Shown here piece after piece: positions 47,522-55,677 of a DNA stretch of 64,000 nucleotides (position 1 is the stretch's first letter; the number at the start of each line of letters is the position of its first letter). The stretch comes from a virus (taxonomy: Duplodnaviria > Caudoviricetes), in IMG/VR virus record IMGVR_UViG_3300021368_000002; one strand, 5' to 3'. Both the position numbers and the translations under genes were made by a program. Under the pieces are notes generated by a model, which worked only from the letters and a program-made list of their open reading frames with translations, did not search any database and was not told where the DNA came from.

Positions 47522-47869
47522 ATGCAATTCATCGTAAGCACACAGGGACTTGAGAACTATGGCGCACACTGTGAGGACGGCAAGTTCCGTTCGGGCAATG
47601 CCTACTGGAAGTTCAAGTCAGGCACGGACTACCTTGTGTCGGGCCTAGAGCGGCCGCAAGATGCGATGGCATTCGTTGCCTCGTTCGGTATGGACAATTC
47701 AATCGGTTGGAAGGAGTTCCCATGCGAGGTTGTGAGCGAGGATGAATGGGAGTCACAGTGGAACATGGACGACGAGTTCGATGTGGAACACAGAGAGTTC
47801 AAGCTCTCTATTATGGTTAAGGTGGATCCGAGAGATCCGGCGACCTACAAACGGTTTTTGGCAAGGTAG
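47522..47869 (+). CDS. Early hypothetical protein
   Basis: Promoter and GAGGGC leader; TQ..ENYGAH..YWKFK.G.DY segment. Confidence 0.65.
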   Translation: MQFIVSTQGLENYGAHCEDGKFRSGNAYWKFKSGTDYLVSGLERPQDAMAFVASFGMDNSIGWKEFPCEVVSEDEWESQWNMDDEFDVEHREFKLSIMVKVDPRDPATYKRFLAR

Positions 47870-47923
47870 GGGTTGACAACCCCGCCACCTGGTGTTATAG
47901 TAGTTGTATAGTTAATAGAGAGG

Positions 47924-48136
47924 GTGATGACAATGTTTGTACTGATTTGGAAAGGTGAAGAGATTGATTCGTTTGAGTCCGAGGCAGAGGCCCGGAGCAT
48001 GGCGAGTGAATACAACATGGCCTACGGTGGAGGTGTCCACGTAGAGTTTGTCGAGGAAGACGACGGACAGCCAAGTTGGGAGCAGGAGTGGGAAGACTTC
48101 GGCGAAGACGCAGGATACGAGATGGAGTATCTCTAA
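47924..48136 (+). CDS. Early acidic hypothetical protein
   Basis: Promoter and GAGGG leader. Confidence 0.6.
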   Translation: MMTMFVLIWKGEEIDSFESEAEARSMASEYNMAYGGGVHVEFVEEDDGQPSWEQEWEDFGEDAGYEMEYL

Positions 48137-48336
48137 AGAGGCCCTCAGGTCGGGAGTATAAACCCAGTTAGACCGGAACACCTACATACAAGTTCCGGCG
48201 GGAGATGGGAAGGCGCCCTCGAGAAAGGCCTCCCACTTTTAACGCCCGCGGTTTTAACGCCCGTGACTTTTTGGGTCCTTTCGTGCGGTAAAAAGGTCAG
48301 AGCTCCGTGCCCTCCCGTTCCAGCTCTCCGGTCCTC
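48130..48336 (-). ncRNA. Candidate antisense-oriented structured ncRNA with three GAGGGC motifs (element A)
   Basis: Minus-strand TTGACA(48371-48366)-N17-TATATT(48348-48343); GC-rich hairpins; GAGGGC at 48314-48309, 48220-48215 and 48146-48141 with no AUG following. Confidence 0.55.
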
Positions 48337-48537
48337 AATTATAATATAGCACAAGCCTAGCACTATGTCAACCCCTTGTGCGAAAAAAGAATCCTTTGTT
48401 TTCAAGAGGTTAGAAAAAAAATAAAAATAAATTTTTCTGCTAAGTCATTGTTTTTAAACAAAACATTTTGCTTTACAAGTACGTATTGTTGTGTTATATT
48501 GTTTGTATGTTAACAAATGCATATAGGAGGGCAACAT

Positions 48538-48852
48538 ATGCAAACAACAACAAAAACATTAGACTGTGCTGTACGTGTAAATTGGGTAGCAGAGGATGCA
48601 GAATGGAAAGCAGAGTTTGAACAGTATGGCTATGACACAGATATGTGGGTTGCTGTAGGTGACTTTGATTATGAATGGAGAGATAACGTAGAAACTGTGG
48701 CTGTATTAAAAGACGAAGAATACGGTTTTATGTGTGGAAACGAAAGTGACAGGCGCTGCTACGGATTTACTGTGGATGTGTACAAAGCAGAGGAAGCAGA
48801 TGGCAACTACAGTTTTTGGATAACAGAGGAAGACTTTGAAAAAATAGGTTGA
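48538..48852 (+). CDS. Early hypothetical protein (TC/CC-free, no Pro)
   Basis: GAGGGC RBS then ATG at 48538. Confidence 0.6.
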   Translation: MQTTTKTLDCAVRVNWVAEDAEWKAEFEQYGYDTDMWVAVGDFDYEWRDNVETVAVLKDEEYGFMCGNESDRRCYGFTVDVYKAEEADGNYSFWITEEDFEKIG

Positions 48853-48913
48853 CAACTGTGTGTATGTGTGCTACTATGTACACATACACTAACAAGCAAT
48901 AGAGGGCAATGCT

Positions 48914-49165
48914 ATGCTTACAAAATACGAAAACGCAGTAACAAAAGCAATTGAATATTTTGCACTGCAAATTAACAACTGTGCGCACGACAGCGTAGTA
49001 GAAAACAACGACTACGGAATTTACGACAGCATAGACAGCATAAACTTTTTGTTTAGCAACTACAAAAATTTTGACAGCGTAACAGCACTTGCAAACTTTG
49101 CACTAGACAGCACACTGGATACTGTAGTGCGCGAAAACATATACTACGTGCTAACGGAAAAATAA
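48914..49165 (+). CDS. Early hypothetical protein (TC/CC-free, no Pro)
   Basis: Promoter and GAGGGC leader. Confidence 0.6.
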   Translation: MLTKYENAVTKAIEYFALQINNCAHDSVVENNDYGIYDSIDSINFLFSNYKNFDSVTALANFALDSTLDTVVRENIYYVLTEK

Positions 49166-49231
49166 CACTTGACAACTGTGTATGTGTGCTATAGTGTACA
49201 CATACACTAAACATAGCAGAGAGGGCAAACT

Positions 49232-49447
49232 ATGCTACAAGTACACATTTTACAACTGCAAGGCACAGGCGACGACGAGAAGGCTTGGGAGAACGCAGGG
49301 GTGTTTGCAAGTTGGGAAGAAGCACAAGAACGTGCAGCAGAATTTAGCAAAGAAGACATTGAGGAGTACGGCGAAGCGTTTTGGATAATGGGCGAGAATA
49401 TGCGTATTGAAACACATGACGTAGTAGACAACAACTGGGGGTACTAG
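49232..49447 (+). CDS. Early hypothetical protein (TC/CC-free, no Pro)
   Basis: Promoter and GAGGGC leader. Confidence 0.6.
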   Translation: MLQVHILQLQGTGDDEKAWENAGVFASWEEAQERAAEFSKEDIEEYGEAFWIMGENMRIETHDVVDNNWGY

Positions 49448-49519
49448 TAAAAAAAACAGTTGACAGCAGCAAGTTTTGTGTTATACTGTATGTACAGTTA
49501 AACAAAACGAGGGCTACGT

Positions 49520-49768
49520 ATGTTAACTACAAAACAACTTGCACGTAATGTGTTTTTAACTTATTGCAGCACTAGCAATACAATGTTTAAACATTGTAGC
49601 AAAACAAAGCCGCAGCACGTTAGCACAACAAACGTAAAAGCAGTAAAGCGCAACGTAAGCGCACAACTTGTGCAACAGTACAAAATGCTTCCTGCACTGT
49701 ACAACTTGTACAACAAAAACAAAAGTGTTAAGCAAACAGCAACACAACTAATTAACAGCATTGTGTAA
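49520..49768 (+). CDS. Early basic protein (GA/GG-free; no Asp, Glu, Gly or Trp)
   Basis: Promoter and GAGGGC leader. Confidence 0.55.
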   Translation: MLTTKQLARNVFLTYCSTSNTMFKHCSKTKPQHVSTTNVKAVKRNVSAQLVQQYKMLPALYNLYNKNKSVKQTATQLINSIV

Positions 49769-49842
49769 AAAAAACTTGACAACTGTGTGTATGTGTGCTA
49801 CTATGTACACATACACTAAACATTGCAACTAGTGAGGGCTAC

Positions 49843-50316
49843 ATGGCAATACATTACAGTACACAGGTACAAGACTACTTTGAACACTTGACAAACGAGT
49901 GTGCAGACGAAACACGTTTTACACAAGACGAAAAGTGTTTTGTGTTAGAATTTTTAGCAAACACACTGTATGGCTTAACGGAAGTAAACAGCGAAAGTTT
50001 GCGTGACGACAAGCAATTTGTGCGTATGCAAGATTGCAGTGAGGTAGCAGACAACTACGTAATGCTACTAAACAAACACAAACGCAGTGACTATACTGTA
50101 GTAAACGGCAAGTATGTGGAAAGTGACGAATACTATACGTTTACACTAGAAGATGCAGGCACTGCTATTTGCAGTTATGACACAGAGTATAGAGAGTGCA
50201 TAACAGAGCAATTTGAAGATGCACTTAACGAGTACTTTGCATTAAGCAAAGCAAACAAAATTGCAACACTTGATATTGCAAACTGTTTAGCGTGGCGAGT
50301 GTTTAACAGTTACTAA
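49843..50316 (+). CDS. Early hypothetical protein (TC/CC-free, no Pro)
   Basis: Promoter and GAGGGC leader; start MAIHYS. Confidence 0.6.
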   Translation: MAIHYSTQVQDYFEHLTNECADETRFTQDEKCFVLEFLANTLYGLTEVNSESLRDDKQFVRMQDCSEVADNYVMLLNKHKRSDYTVVNGKYVESDEYYTFTLEDAGTAICSYDTEYRECITEQFEDALNEYFALSKANKIATLDIANCLAWRVFNSY

Positions 50317-50513
50317 CGCTAACACTGTGCAGTGTGTGCAAATGCGTACACTGTGCGGCCCCGCTGTATAGCGGATAAAACATAACAAAAACAAGCACTT
50401 ACAAAAAAAATGCTAAGTGCTTGTTTTTAAACGAAACTTTTTGCTTGCATTGTGCAAATAGTTGTGTTATATTGTTTGTATAAATTAAATGTAACAGCAT
50501 AGAGGGTAATAAT

Positions 50514-50774
50514 ATGCAAAACACACAAACAAACAACTATGTATTTTTAGCAGCAGCAAACGCTGCTATTGTTGTAACTGTAAACAACAAAGTTGTTGCT
50601 ACAGACGTACAAACAGCAGACGCACTTGTGCAAGTGTTTTTAACACATAATATTAATGTACTAAAAGACACTATTATGTGTAGCAGCAGCATAGATTTTG
50701 CAGAAGAAGAGGGCTTTGCTAGTGACGCAAGTGCGCATAATATAATAGATGAAGCATTTGAAGCATTAGCATAG
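50514..50774 (+). CDS. Early hypothetical protein (TC/CC-free, no Pro)
   Basis: GAGGG leader; CSSSIDFAEEEGF segment. Confidence 0.6.
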   Translation: MQNTQTNNYVFLAAANAAIVVTVNNKVVATDVQTADALVQVFLTHNINVLKDTIMCSSSIDFAEEEGFASDASAHNIIDEAFEALA

Positions 50775-50879
50775 TACGCTAATACTTTAGTATAGCAAGC
50801 ACTATACAAAAAAGTGCTTGCTATTTTTATTTTTTGTGTTATATTAGTTGTATAAGTTAACAAGCATATGAGGGCTATT

Positions 50880-51149
50880 ATGCAAAATACAACAACAAAA
50901 ACCGCACGTAGCATTGTGCGTAACATCCTAAAGCAAAACAACGTAATGTATTCCTCACATAGTTATACAAACAAATGTGCAAATCCTGCGCTGCGTAATA
51001 TTTGCTTCCTCACTAAAAACTTAACTCCTGCTGTGCTGCAACAAATTGCTTCTTCGCTTAATGTTAGCAAAGTACACGCAACAAAGCCTAAGTTTTACAA
51101 TGTGCATCCGGATGCACGTTACCTACGCATTGTGCATTGCAAAATGTAA
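50880..51149 (+). CDS. Early basic protein (GA/GG-free except one site)
   Basis: GAGGGC leader then MQNTTT; one Asp, no Glu or Gly. Confidence 0.55.
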   Translation: MQNTTTKTARSIVRNILKQNNVMYSSHSYTNKCANPALRNICFLTKNLTPAVLQQIASSLNVSKVHATKPKFYNVHPDARYLRIVHCKM

Positions 51150-51222
51150 AAAAAACGGTTGACAAGTGTGTTTGTGTGTGCTACTATGTACACATAAACA
51201 CTAAAAAGCATAGGAGGGTTAT

Positions 51223-51414
51223 ATGCTTACACTTTGCAACAAAAAACTGCTGCGTGACGGCAGTTGCGTTTTTACAAACTTTAACTTTTACAACAAAGTA
51301 AAAGATGCAGACGGAGACGTGTGCTACTACTACGCAAACTTGCACTACAAAGGCACTACGCAAAAATGCAGTGTTAGTGTGCAAAACGGAAACGTAGTAG
51401 GTTGGCAAACGTAA
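51223..51414 (+). CDS. Early hypothetical protein (TC/CC-free, no Pro)
   Basis: Promoter and GGAGGG leader. Confidence 0.55.
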   Translation: MLTLCNKKLLRDGSCVFTNFNFYNKVKDADGDVCYYYANLHYKGTTQKCSVSVQNGNVVGWQT

Positions 51415-51659
51415 AAAGTTAAAAAAAATGCAAATTAGGGGTTGACAAACGGCTCCTCCTTTGCTATAGTGTATGTATAGTTAGAGAGCGAGGGCAAGAT
51501 GATACGTTTTATGACAGGACTTTTTGTAGTGATGGCAGCAGTAGGTACGCTAGAGGCGAACCACGAGGCGAGCTTGCTATGGTACGGAATGCTAGGCTTG
51601 GTTGGTTGTGCTGCAATGGCATGGCCGGTATGTGACGGAACACTGACAGGAGACGAATA

Positions 51660-51860
51660 ATGGATTGGCGTGAGTATGCACTAGAGCAGGTAGAGATTGG
51701 AACCATCGATCCTGAGCTGCTGGCGACTTGTTTGCTGAAGTATATGTCGCAGGACGACATCCAGGACTGCCTGGACACGAACGAGCTGACCCCTCGTTTC
51801 GCTGACGATCCCAACTTCCCAGCTGAGAGCAGCGATGCAGATATTTGCCTAGTTTGGTAA
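51660..51860 (+). CDS. Early hypothetical protein
   Basis: AGGAG SD; CLLKYMSQDDIQD segment. Confidence 0.6.
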   Translation: MDWREYALEQVEIGTIDPELLATCLLKYMSQDDIQDCLDTNELTPRFADDPNFPAESSDADICLVW

Positions 51861-51933
51861 AAAAGTGGTTGACAGGTGTGTGGTTAGGCCATATACTGTA
51901 AGAGTAAGTTAAACAAAGCAGAGGGCTTTATAG

Positions 51934-52221
51934 ATGAAAACTTTTAGTGTAGCAGGAACTTCGCGTTTGAACGGTACGGTTAAGATTCGCTTTGCAAATG
52001 ACTTTGTAAGCCGTATGAAGGTGCTGTTTAAGAACGGACACGAAGACGTCGAGTTGATCGAACTTGGCGGTGAGTTTACTAAATCCGAAGTTTGCCAGAT
52101 CCTAATGGCACATCCTAACTTCCAATCGGAAGAACAACAAGCAGCGATTTACGAATATGTAATCCGCAACTGCCGTGACATTAAAACCGAAATAGAGGAG
52201 AAGATGCTACAAGAGGCATAA
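51934..52221 (+). CDS. Early hypothetical protein
   Basis: Promoter and GAGGGC leader; VAGTSRLNG.VKIRFAND segment. Confidence 0.65.
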   Translation: MKTFSVAGTSRLNGTVKIRFANDFVSRMKVLFKNGHEDVELIELGGEFTKSEVCQILMAHPNFQSEEQQAAIYEYVIRNCRDIKTEIEEKMLQEA

Positions 52222-52302
52222 GATCACCTCGGGCGAAGTACGGTGAAGCCTACTTCGAGATTGGTAGAGCGGTGGGGCTCCAATCACTTTTCGAATTTCA
52301 TA

Positions 52303-52379
52303 GGGCCATTAGCTCAATTGGTTAGAGCACCGGACTCATAATCCGTAGGTTGACAGTTCGAGTCTGTCATGGCCCACCA
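52303..52379 (+). tRNA. tRNA-Ile2(CAU), or less likely tRNA-Met
   Basis: Cloverleaf GGGCCAT..ATGGCCC-A-CCA; anticodon loop CTCATAA; GACTCATAATC context resembles Ile2. Confidence 0.9.
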
Positions 52380-52382
52380 GAA

Positions 52383-52459
<77 letters not shown>

Positions 52460-52464
52460 ATACC

Positions 52465-52549
52465 GCTCGCGTGGTGAAATAGGTAAACACAACGGACTTA
52501 AAATCCGTCGCCGATAGGCTTGCCGGTTCGATTCCGGCCGCGAGCACCA
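52465..52549 (+). tRNA. tRNA-Leu(UAA)
   Basis: GCTCGCG/CGCGAGC acceptor stem; ACGGA-CTTAAAA-TCCGT; long variable arm; CCA. Confidence 0.95.
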
Positions 52550-52631
52550 AAACTTTTTTTAAAAAAGAGGTTGACAACCGCACTAAAAGATCGTATAGTG
52601 TATGTATAAGTTAAGCAAGAGGGCAAACACA

Positions 52632-52820
52632 ATGATTAGAATTTTTAACTCAGCACTAGAAGGCGAGCGTTGGATTCCACTGGACGAGGTCAACATTGTA
52701 ACACAAGGCATCGATCCTGTGTTTTCATCACCTTACATTTTGTTTGAGCACAAAGACTATCCACTAGGTGCGCTGCGAGCTGAGTTTACAGACGGCCATT
52801 GGGCTGCGGATTTGAATTAA
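52632..52820 (+). CDS. Early hypothetical protein
   Basis: GAGGGC leader then MIRIFN. Confidence 0.55.
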   Translation: MIRIFNSALEGERWIPLDEVNIVTQGIDPVFSSPYILFEHKDYPLGALRAEFTDGHWAADLN

Positions 52821-52889
52821 TTAGGGGTTGACATTCTAACGTTAGAGTGTATACTGTAAGAGTAAGTTAACAAAGGGCAAGAGGCGCAA

Positions 52890-53882
52890 ATGAATATCAT
52901 TATTAACGAAGGCACGTACAAGATACGAGGCAAAGACACTAGTGTAGCCGGTATGGTGTTTCCACTAGTAGAGGAATTTAAAATGGGTGCTGCAGGAGGT
53001 TACGTAACAGTCGACGGCAAGGCAGTCGCAGGCTTTCCAGATCGTAACATCAAGATCAAGGTGTCGGATGCGGATGCATACGAGTCAGTAGATGCTGCAC
53101 CTACGCAGAGAGAAGAGACCGACGAAGAGACCATTGAACGGTTGCGTGAACGATTTGAAATGCTCGAAGACATGACCCGAGCTGCTAAGAAAGGTGATGT
53201 GCGAGCAATGATCGTATCAGGACCTCCTGGTGTTGGTAAGTCGCACGGTGTAGAAAAAGTACTAGGCAAGCACGACTTGATTGCGCAGTTAGGCGATCGT
53301 CCTGCAAAGTACCAGGTGGTGAAAGGTGCTATGTCGCCCATCGGCCTCTACTGTAAACTGTTCAACTATGCCGACAAGGATAATGTATTGGTGTTCGACG
53401 ACTGTGACTCAATCTTCAGCGACGAACTATCGTTGAACATCCTCAAAGCAGCACTTGATTCGAAGAAGACACGTACCATCCATTGGAACACTGATTCATT
53501 CAAGCTACGTAACGAAGGCGTGCCGGATTCATTCGAGTTCAAAGGTTCAGCGATCTTTATCACGAACTTGAAGTTCGACAAGACCAAAGGCAAATTGCGT
53601 GAGCATCTAATGGCACTAGAAAGTCGTTGCCATTACATCGACCTTACGATTGATACCGAGCGAGAGAAGATGCTGCGTATCAAACAGATCGTCGGCGATG
53701 GTATGCTCCGTGAGTACAAGTTCGGTGAAGAACTACAGCAAGAGATCGTAGACTTCGTTGATATTAATAAGAAGCGACTAAGAGAACTGTCATTGCGTAC
53801 AGTACTAAAGGTCGCCGATTTGGCCAAGGCATTTCCTACCAAGTGGGAAGCCATGGCAGAGAACACTGTGATGAAGCGTTAA
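52890..53882 (+). CDS. P-loop (AAA-like) ATPase
   Basis: Walker A GPPGVGKS, Walker B LVFDDCD, FITN and LESRC motifs. Confidence 0.9.
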   Translation: MNIIINEGTYKIRGKDTSVAGMVFPLVEEFKMGAAGGYVTVDGKAVAGFPDRNIKIKVSDADAYESVDAAPTQREETDEETIERLRERFEMLEDMTRAAKKGDVRAMIVSGPPGVGKSHGVEKVLGKHDLIAQLGDRPAKYQVVKGAMSPIGLYCKLFNYADKDNVLVFDDCDSIFSDELSLNILKAALDSKKTRTIHWNTDSFKLRNEGVPDSFEFKGSAIFITNLKFDKTKGKLREHLMALESRCHYIDLTIDTEREKMLRIKQIVGDGMLREYKFGEELQQEIVDFVDINKKRLRELSLRTVLKVADLAKAFPTKWEAMAENTVMKR

Positions 53883-53994
53883 GCCCTCAACGCTCACAGT
53901 GAGTACAGCATACGAGCAACAGCCCTCACGCTCTGCTGTACGTCCGTGGCCCGGGTTGAGCTCTATGCCCTCAGAGCTCCCCGGGCTTTTTTTT
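53865..53994 (+). ncRNA. Candidate three-hairpin sRNA with GCCCUC in every loop, ending in an intrinsic terminator (element B)
   Basis: AGCGTT-aaGCCCTC-AACGCT; GTACAGCA..GAGC-aacaGCCCTCac-GCTC-TGCTGTAC; GCCCGGG..GAGCTCT-atGCCCTC-AGAGCTC..CCCGGGC-T8. Confidence 0.7.
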
Positions 53995-54064
53995 ACCAAA
54001 AGTGGTTGACATATGAGCACAGTGATCATATACTAATAATAAGAGTTAAGGAAACGAGGGTAAC

Positions 54065-54421
54065 ATGAAAAAATTCGCAATCAACACAACATCAAATCTT
54101 CTTTCAGCACTGGTTATTGCAGGCGCGATCTTTGTAGCACAACCTGCCAAAGCCGGTGACGACTTTGTGAAAGGACTGTTTGGTGTGCTGATACTTAATG
54201 AGATTCTAAACAACAACAGTTCGAACCACACACACTCTACGACGATTATCGATCGCCAGGTGTATAACGATCACGCTCGATCAATCCACAGCCGTTCAGA
54301 GACGATCCGTAGAGCAAGCCAACGAACTGTATGCTATTCGGAATACCGTGAAGCAACGAACGGCACGATCGTTCGTTACGATTACAACTGCCAAGGAAAT
54401 GTTCTTTCAGTAAGCAGATAG
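54065..54421 (+). CDS. Secreted/membrane early protein
   Basis: Signal-like AQPAKA followed by a hydrophobic helix. Confidence 0.6.
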   Translation: MKKFAINTTSNLLSALVIAGAIFVAQPAKAGDDFVKGLFGVLILNEILNNNSSNHTHSTTIIDRQVYNDHARSIHSRSETIRRASQRTVCYSEYREATNGTIVRYDYNCQGNVLSVSR

Positions 54422-54488
54422 GGGTTGACAGACACACAGTCAGATCATATACTGTAAGAGTAAGTTAAACAAAGAGAGGGCACACTCA

Positions 54489-54815
54489 ATGACACAAGTA
54501 GCAGTAATCCACACAGCATTCGAAGACACTCCCCGCACTGTAGCACTGGTAGACGCACCAGAAGGCACAGTAGAACAGCAGCTGGAGTATGCTTACCGTT
54601 GGACACAAAACATCATGGACAGTTGGTCAATGAAAGGTGAAGCCGATGGCAACGATCGAGTAACACTTATGGCTCCACTGTATGAAGATGAGAACGGTAA
54701 GCAATGGGGACACCGCAGCACAAGCATGGGAGATCATATGCTGCTAGGCACTACCAAGTACGTAGTATCAGCTGTCGGGTTTGAACAATTAGAGGTTGAC
54801 AGTGTAGCCAACTGA
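54489..54815 (+). CDS. Early hypothetical protein
   Basis: Promoter and GAGGGC leader; HRSTSMGD motif. Confidence 0.65.
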   Translation: MTQVAVIHTAFEDTPRTVALVDAPEGTVEQQLEYAYRWTQNIMDSWSMKGEADGNDRVTLMAPLYEDENGKQWGHRSTSMGDHMLLGTTKYVVSAVGFEQLEVDSVAN

Positions 54816-54861
54816 GGCTATACTGTAAGAGTAAGTTAACAAAGCAAGAGGGCAATACGCT

Positions 54862-55200
54862 ATGAACTACACTGTAAACGATCTTAAAGTAATCCTAAAC
54901 AAAGCACAGGCAGCAGCAGAAGCAGCAGCCGATCAGTTCGAGAACGAATACTTTCCGAACGGTGGCTGGGGAGCGTGTGGCTTTGCTTGGGTAGACATTC
55001 CAGTAAAAGGCAACACCAAGTTGGGCCGTGCGCTTAAGGCAGCAGGTGTAAGCAAGCATTGGAAGTCGGGCTTCCAACTGTGGAACCCAAGCAAGTATCC
55101 TACACAGAACGTGGACACGCTAGAAGCAGGTGCACGAGCAGCAGCAAGAGTGCTGCAAGGCTACGACATTCCAGCTTACGCAGGCAGTCGACTAGACTAA
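54862..55200 (+). CDS. Early hypothetical protein
   Basis: Promoter and GAGGGC leader; GACGFAWV motif. Confidence 0.65.
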   Translation: MNYTVNDLKVILNKAQAAAEAAADQFENEYFPNGGWGACGFAWVDIPVKGNTKLGRALKAAGVSKHWKSGFQLWNPSKYPTQNVDTLEAGARAAARVLQGYDIPAYAGSRLD

Positions 55201-55253
55201 CAGTAGCAGTCCTAGACTGTTACACTCAACTGATAAATGAGGTTAGTAGAGAG

Positions 55254-55285
55254 GGAGTAGCGGAGACGCTGCTCCTTTTTTCTTT
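55254..55285 (+). terminator. Intrinsic terminator ending the early promoter array
   Basis: GGAGTAGCG-GAGA-CGCTGCTCC-T6. Confidence 0.75.
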
Positions 55286-55473
55286 TCAAAAAAAAATTTC
55301 TCGAGAGGTCGGGAGGTATATAAAATAAATTTTGTTCTTGCAGTTTAGCGTAGTAGTCCTTTCTAAAAAATGGGGTGATGCAAAATCACCACCCAGAAAC
55401 GATAAGTACTTCACCATAATTTTTTGCGCGACCAAATTTTTTCACTACAGGACCCATTTCGGATAAACACTGT

Positions 55474-55677
55474 ATGCAACATCAATACTGTGCTTATACT
55501 GAGGATCGCGAATCAATGCGTCTAGCATATAAGCTAATACAAGAACACAATCTAAAGTTTGAAGCTCACATTAATCGTACACGCTTTTGGGTAGACTCAG
55601 ACACAGAACTCAACACACTATGCGCTCTACGCTTTAAGTGTATAGATTCAGAAACCAATCATTCACTAGGTGTGTAG
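55474..55677 (+). CDS. Small hypothetical protein
   Basis: 67 aa ORF. Confidence 0.45.
   Translation: MQHQYCAYTEDRESMRLAYKLIQEHNLKFEAHINRTRFWVDSDTELNTLCALRFKCIDSETNHSLGV

Larger units (their letters stand above)
36876..50367 (+). repeat. Dispersed oriented 11-mer GGCCCCGCTGT (5 copies)
   Basis: Copies at about 36876, 38612, 46258, 46298 and 50357, all on the plus strand. Confidence 0.8.

Noticed and set aside
48145-48405. 86-aa minus-strand ORF over element A
   Set aside because: Its ATG lies upstream of the minus-strand promoter, it has no SD, and the sequence looks like translated structured RNA.
48447-51453. Island as a low-complexity assembly artefact or foreign contaminant
   Set aside because: ORFs are open and use the same promoter and GAGGGC leader as the flanks, with seamless boundaries. 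Read mapping is still advisable.
48447-51453. UV pyrimidine-dimer avoidance as the cause of the island
   Set aside because: TT, the main dimer site, is abundant on both strands, and the depletion swaps strand between genes.
52224-52290. Fourth tRNA upstream of the tRNA cluster
   Set aside because: Two hairpins (CGAAGTA/TACTTCG and GATTGG/CCAATC) but no cloverleaf, T-loop or CCA. At most a leader or processing structure.
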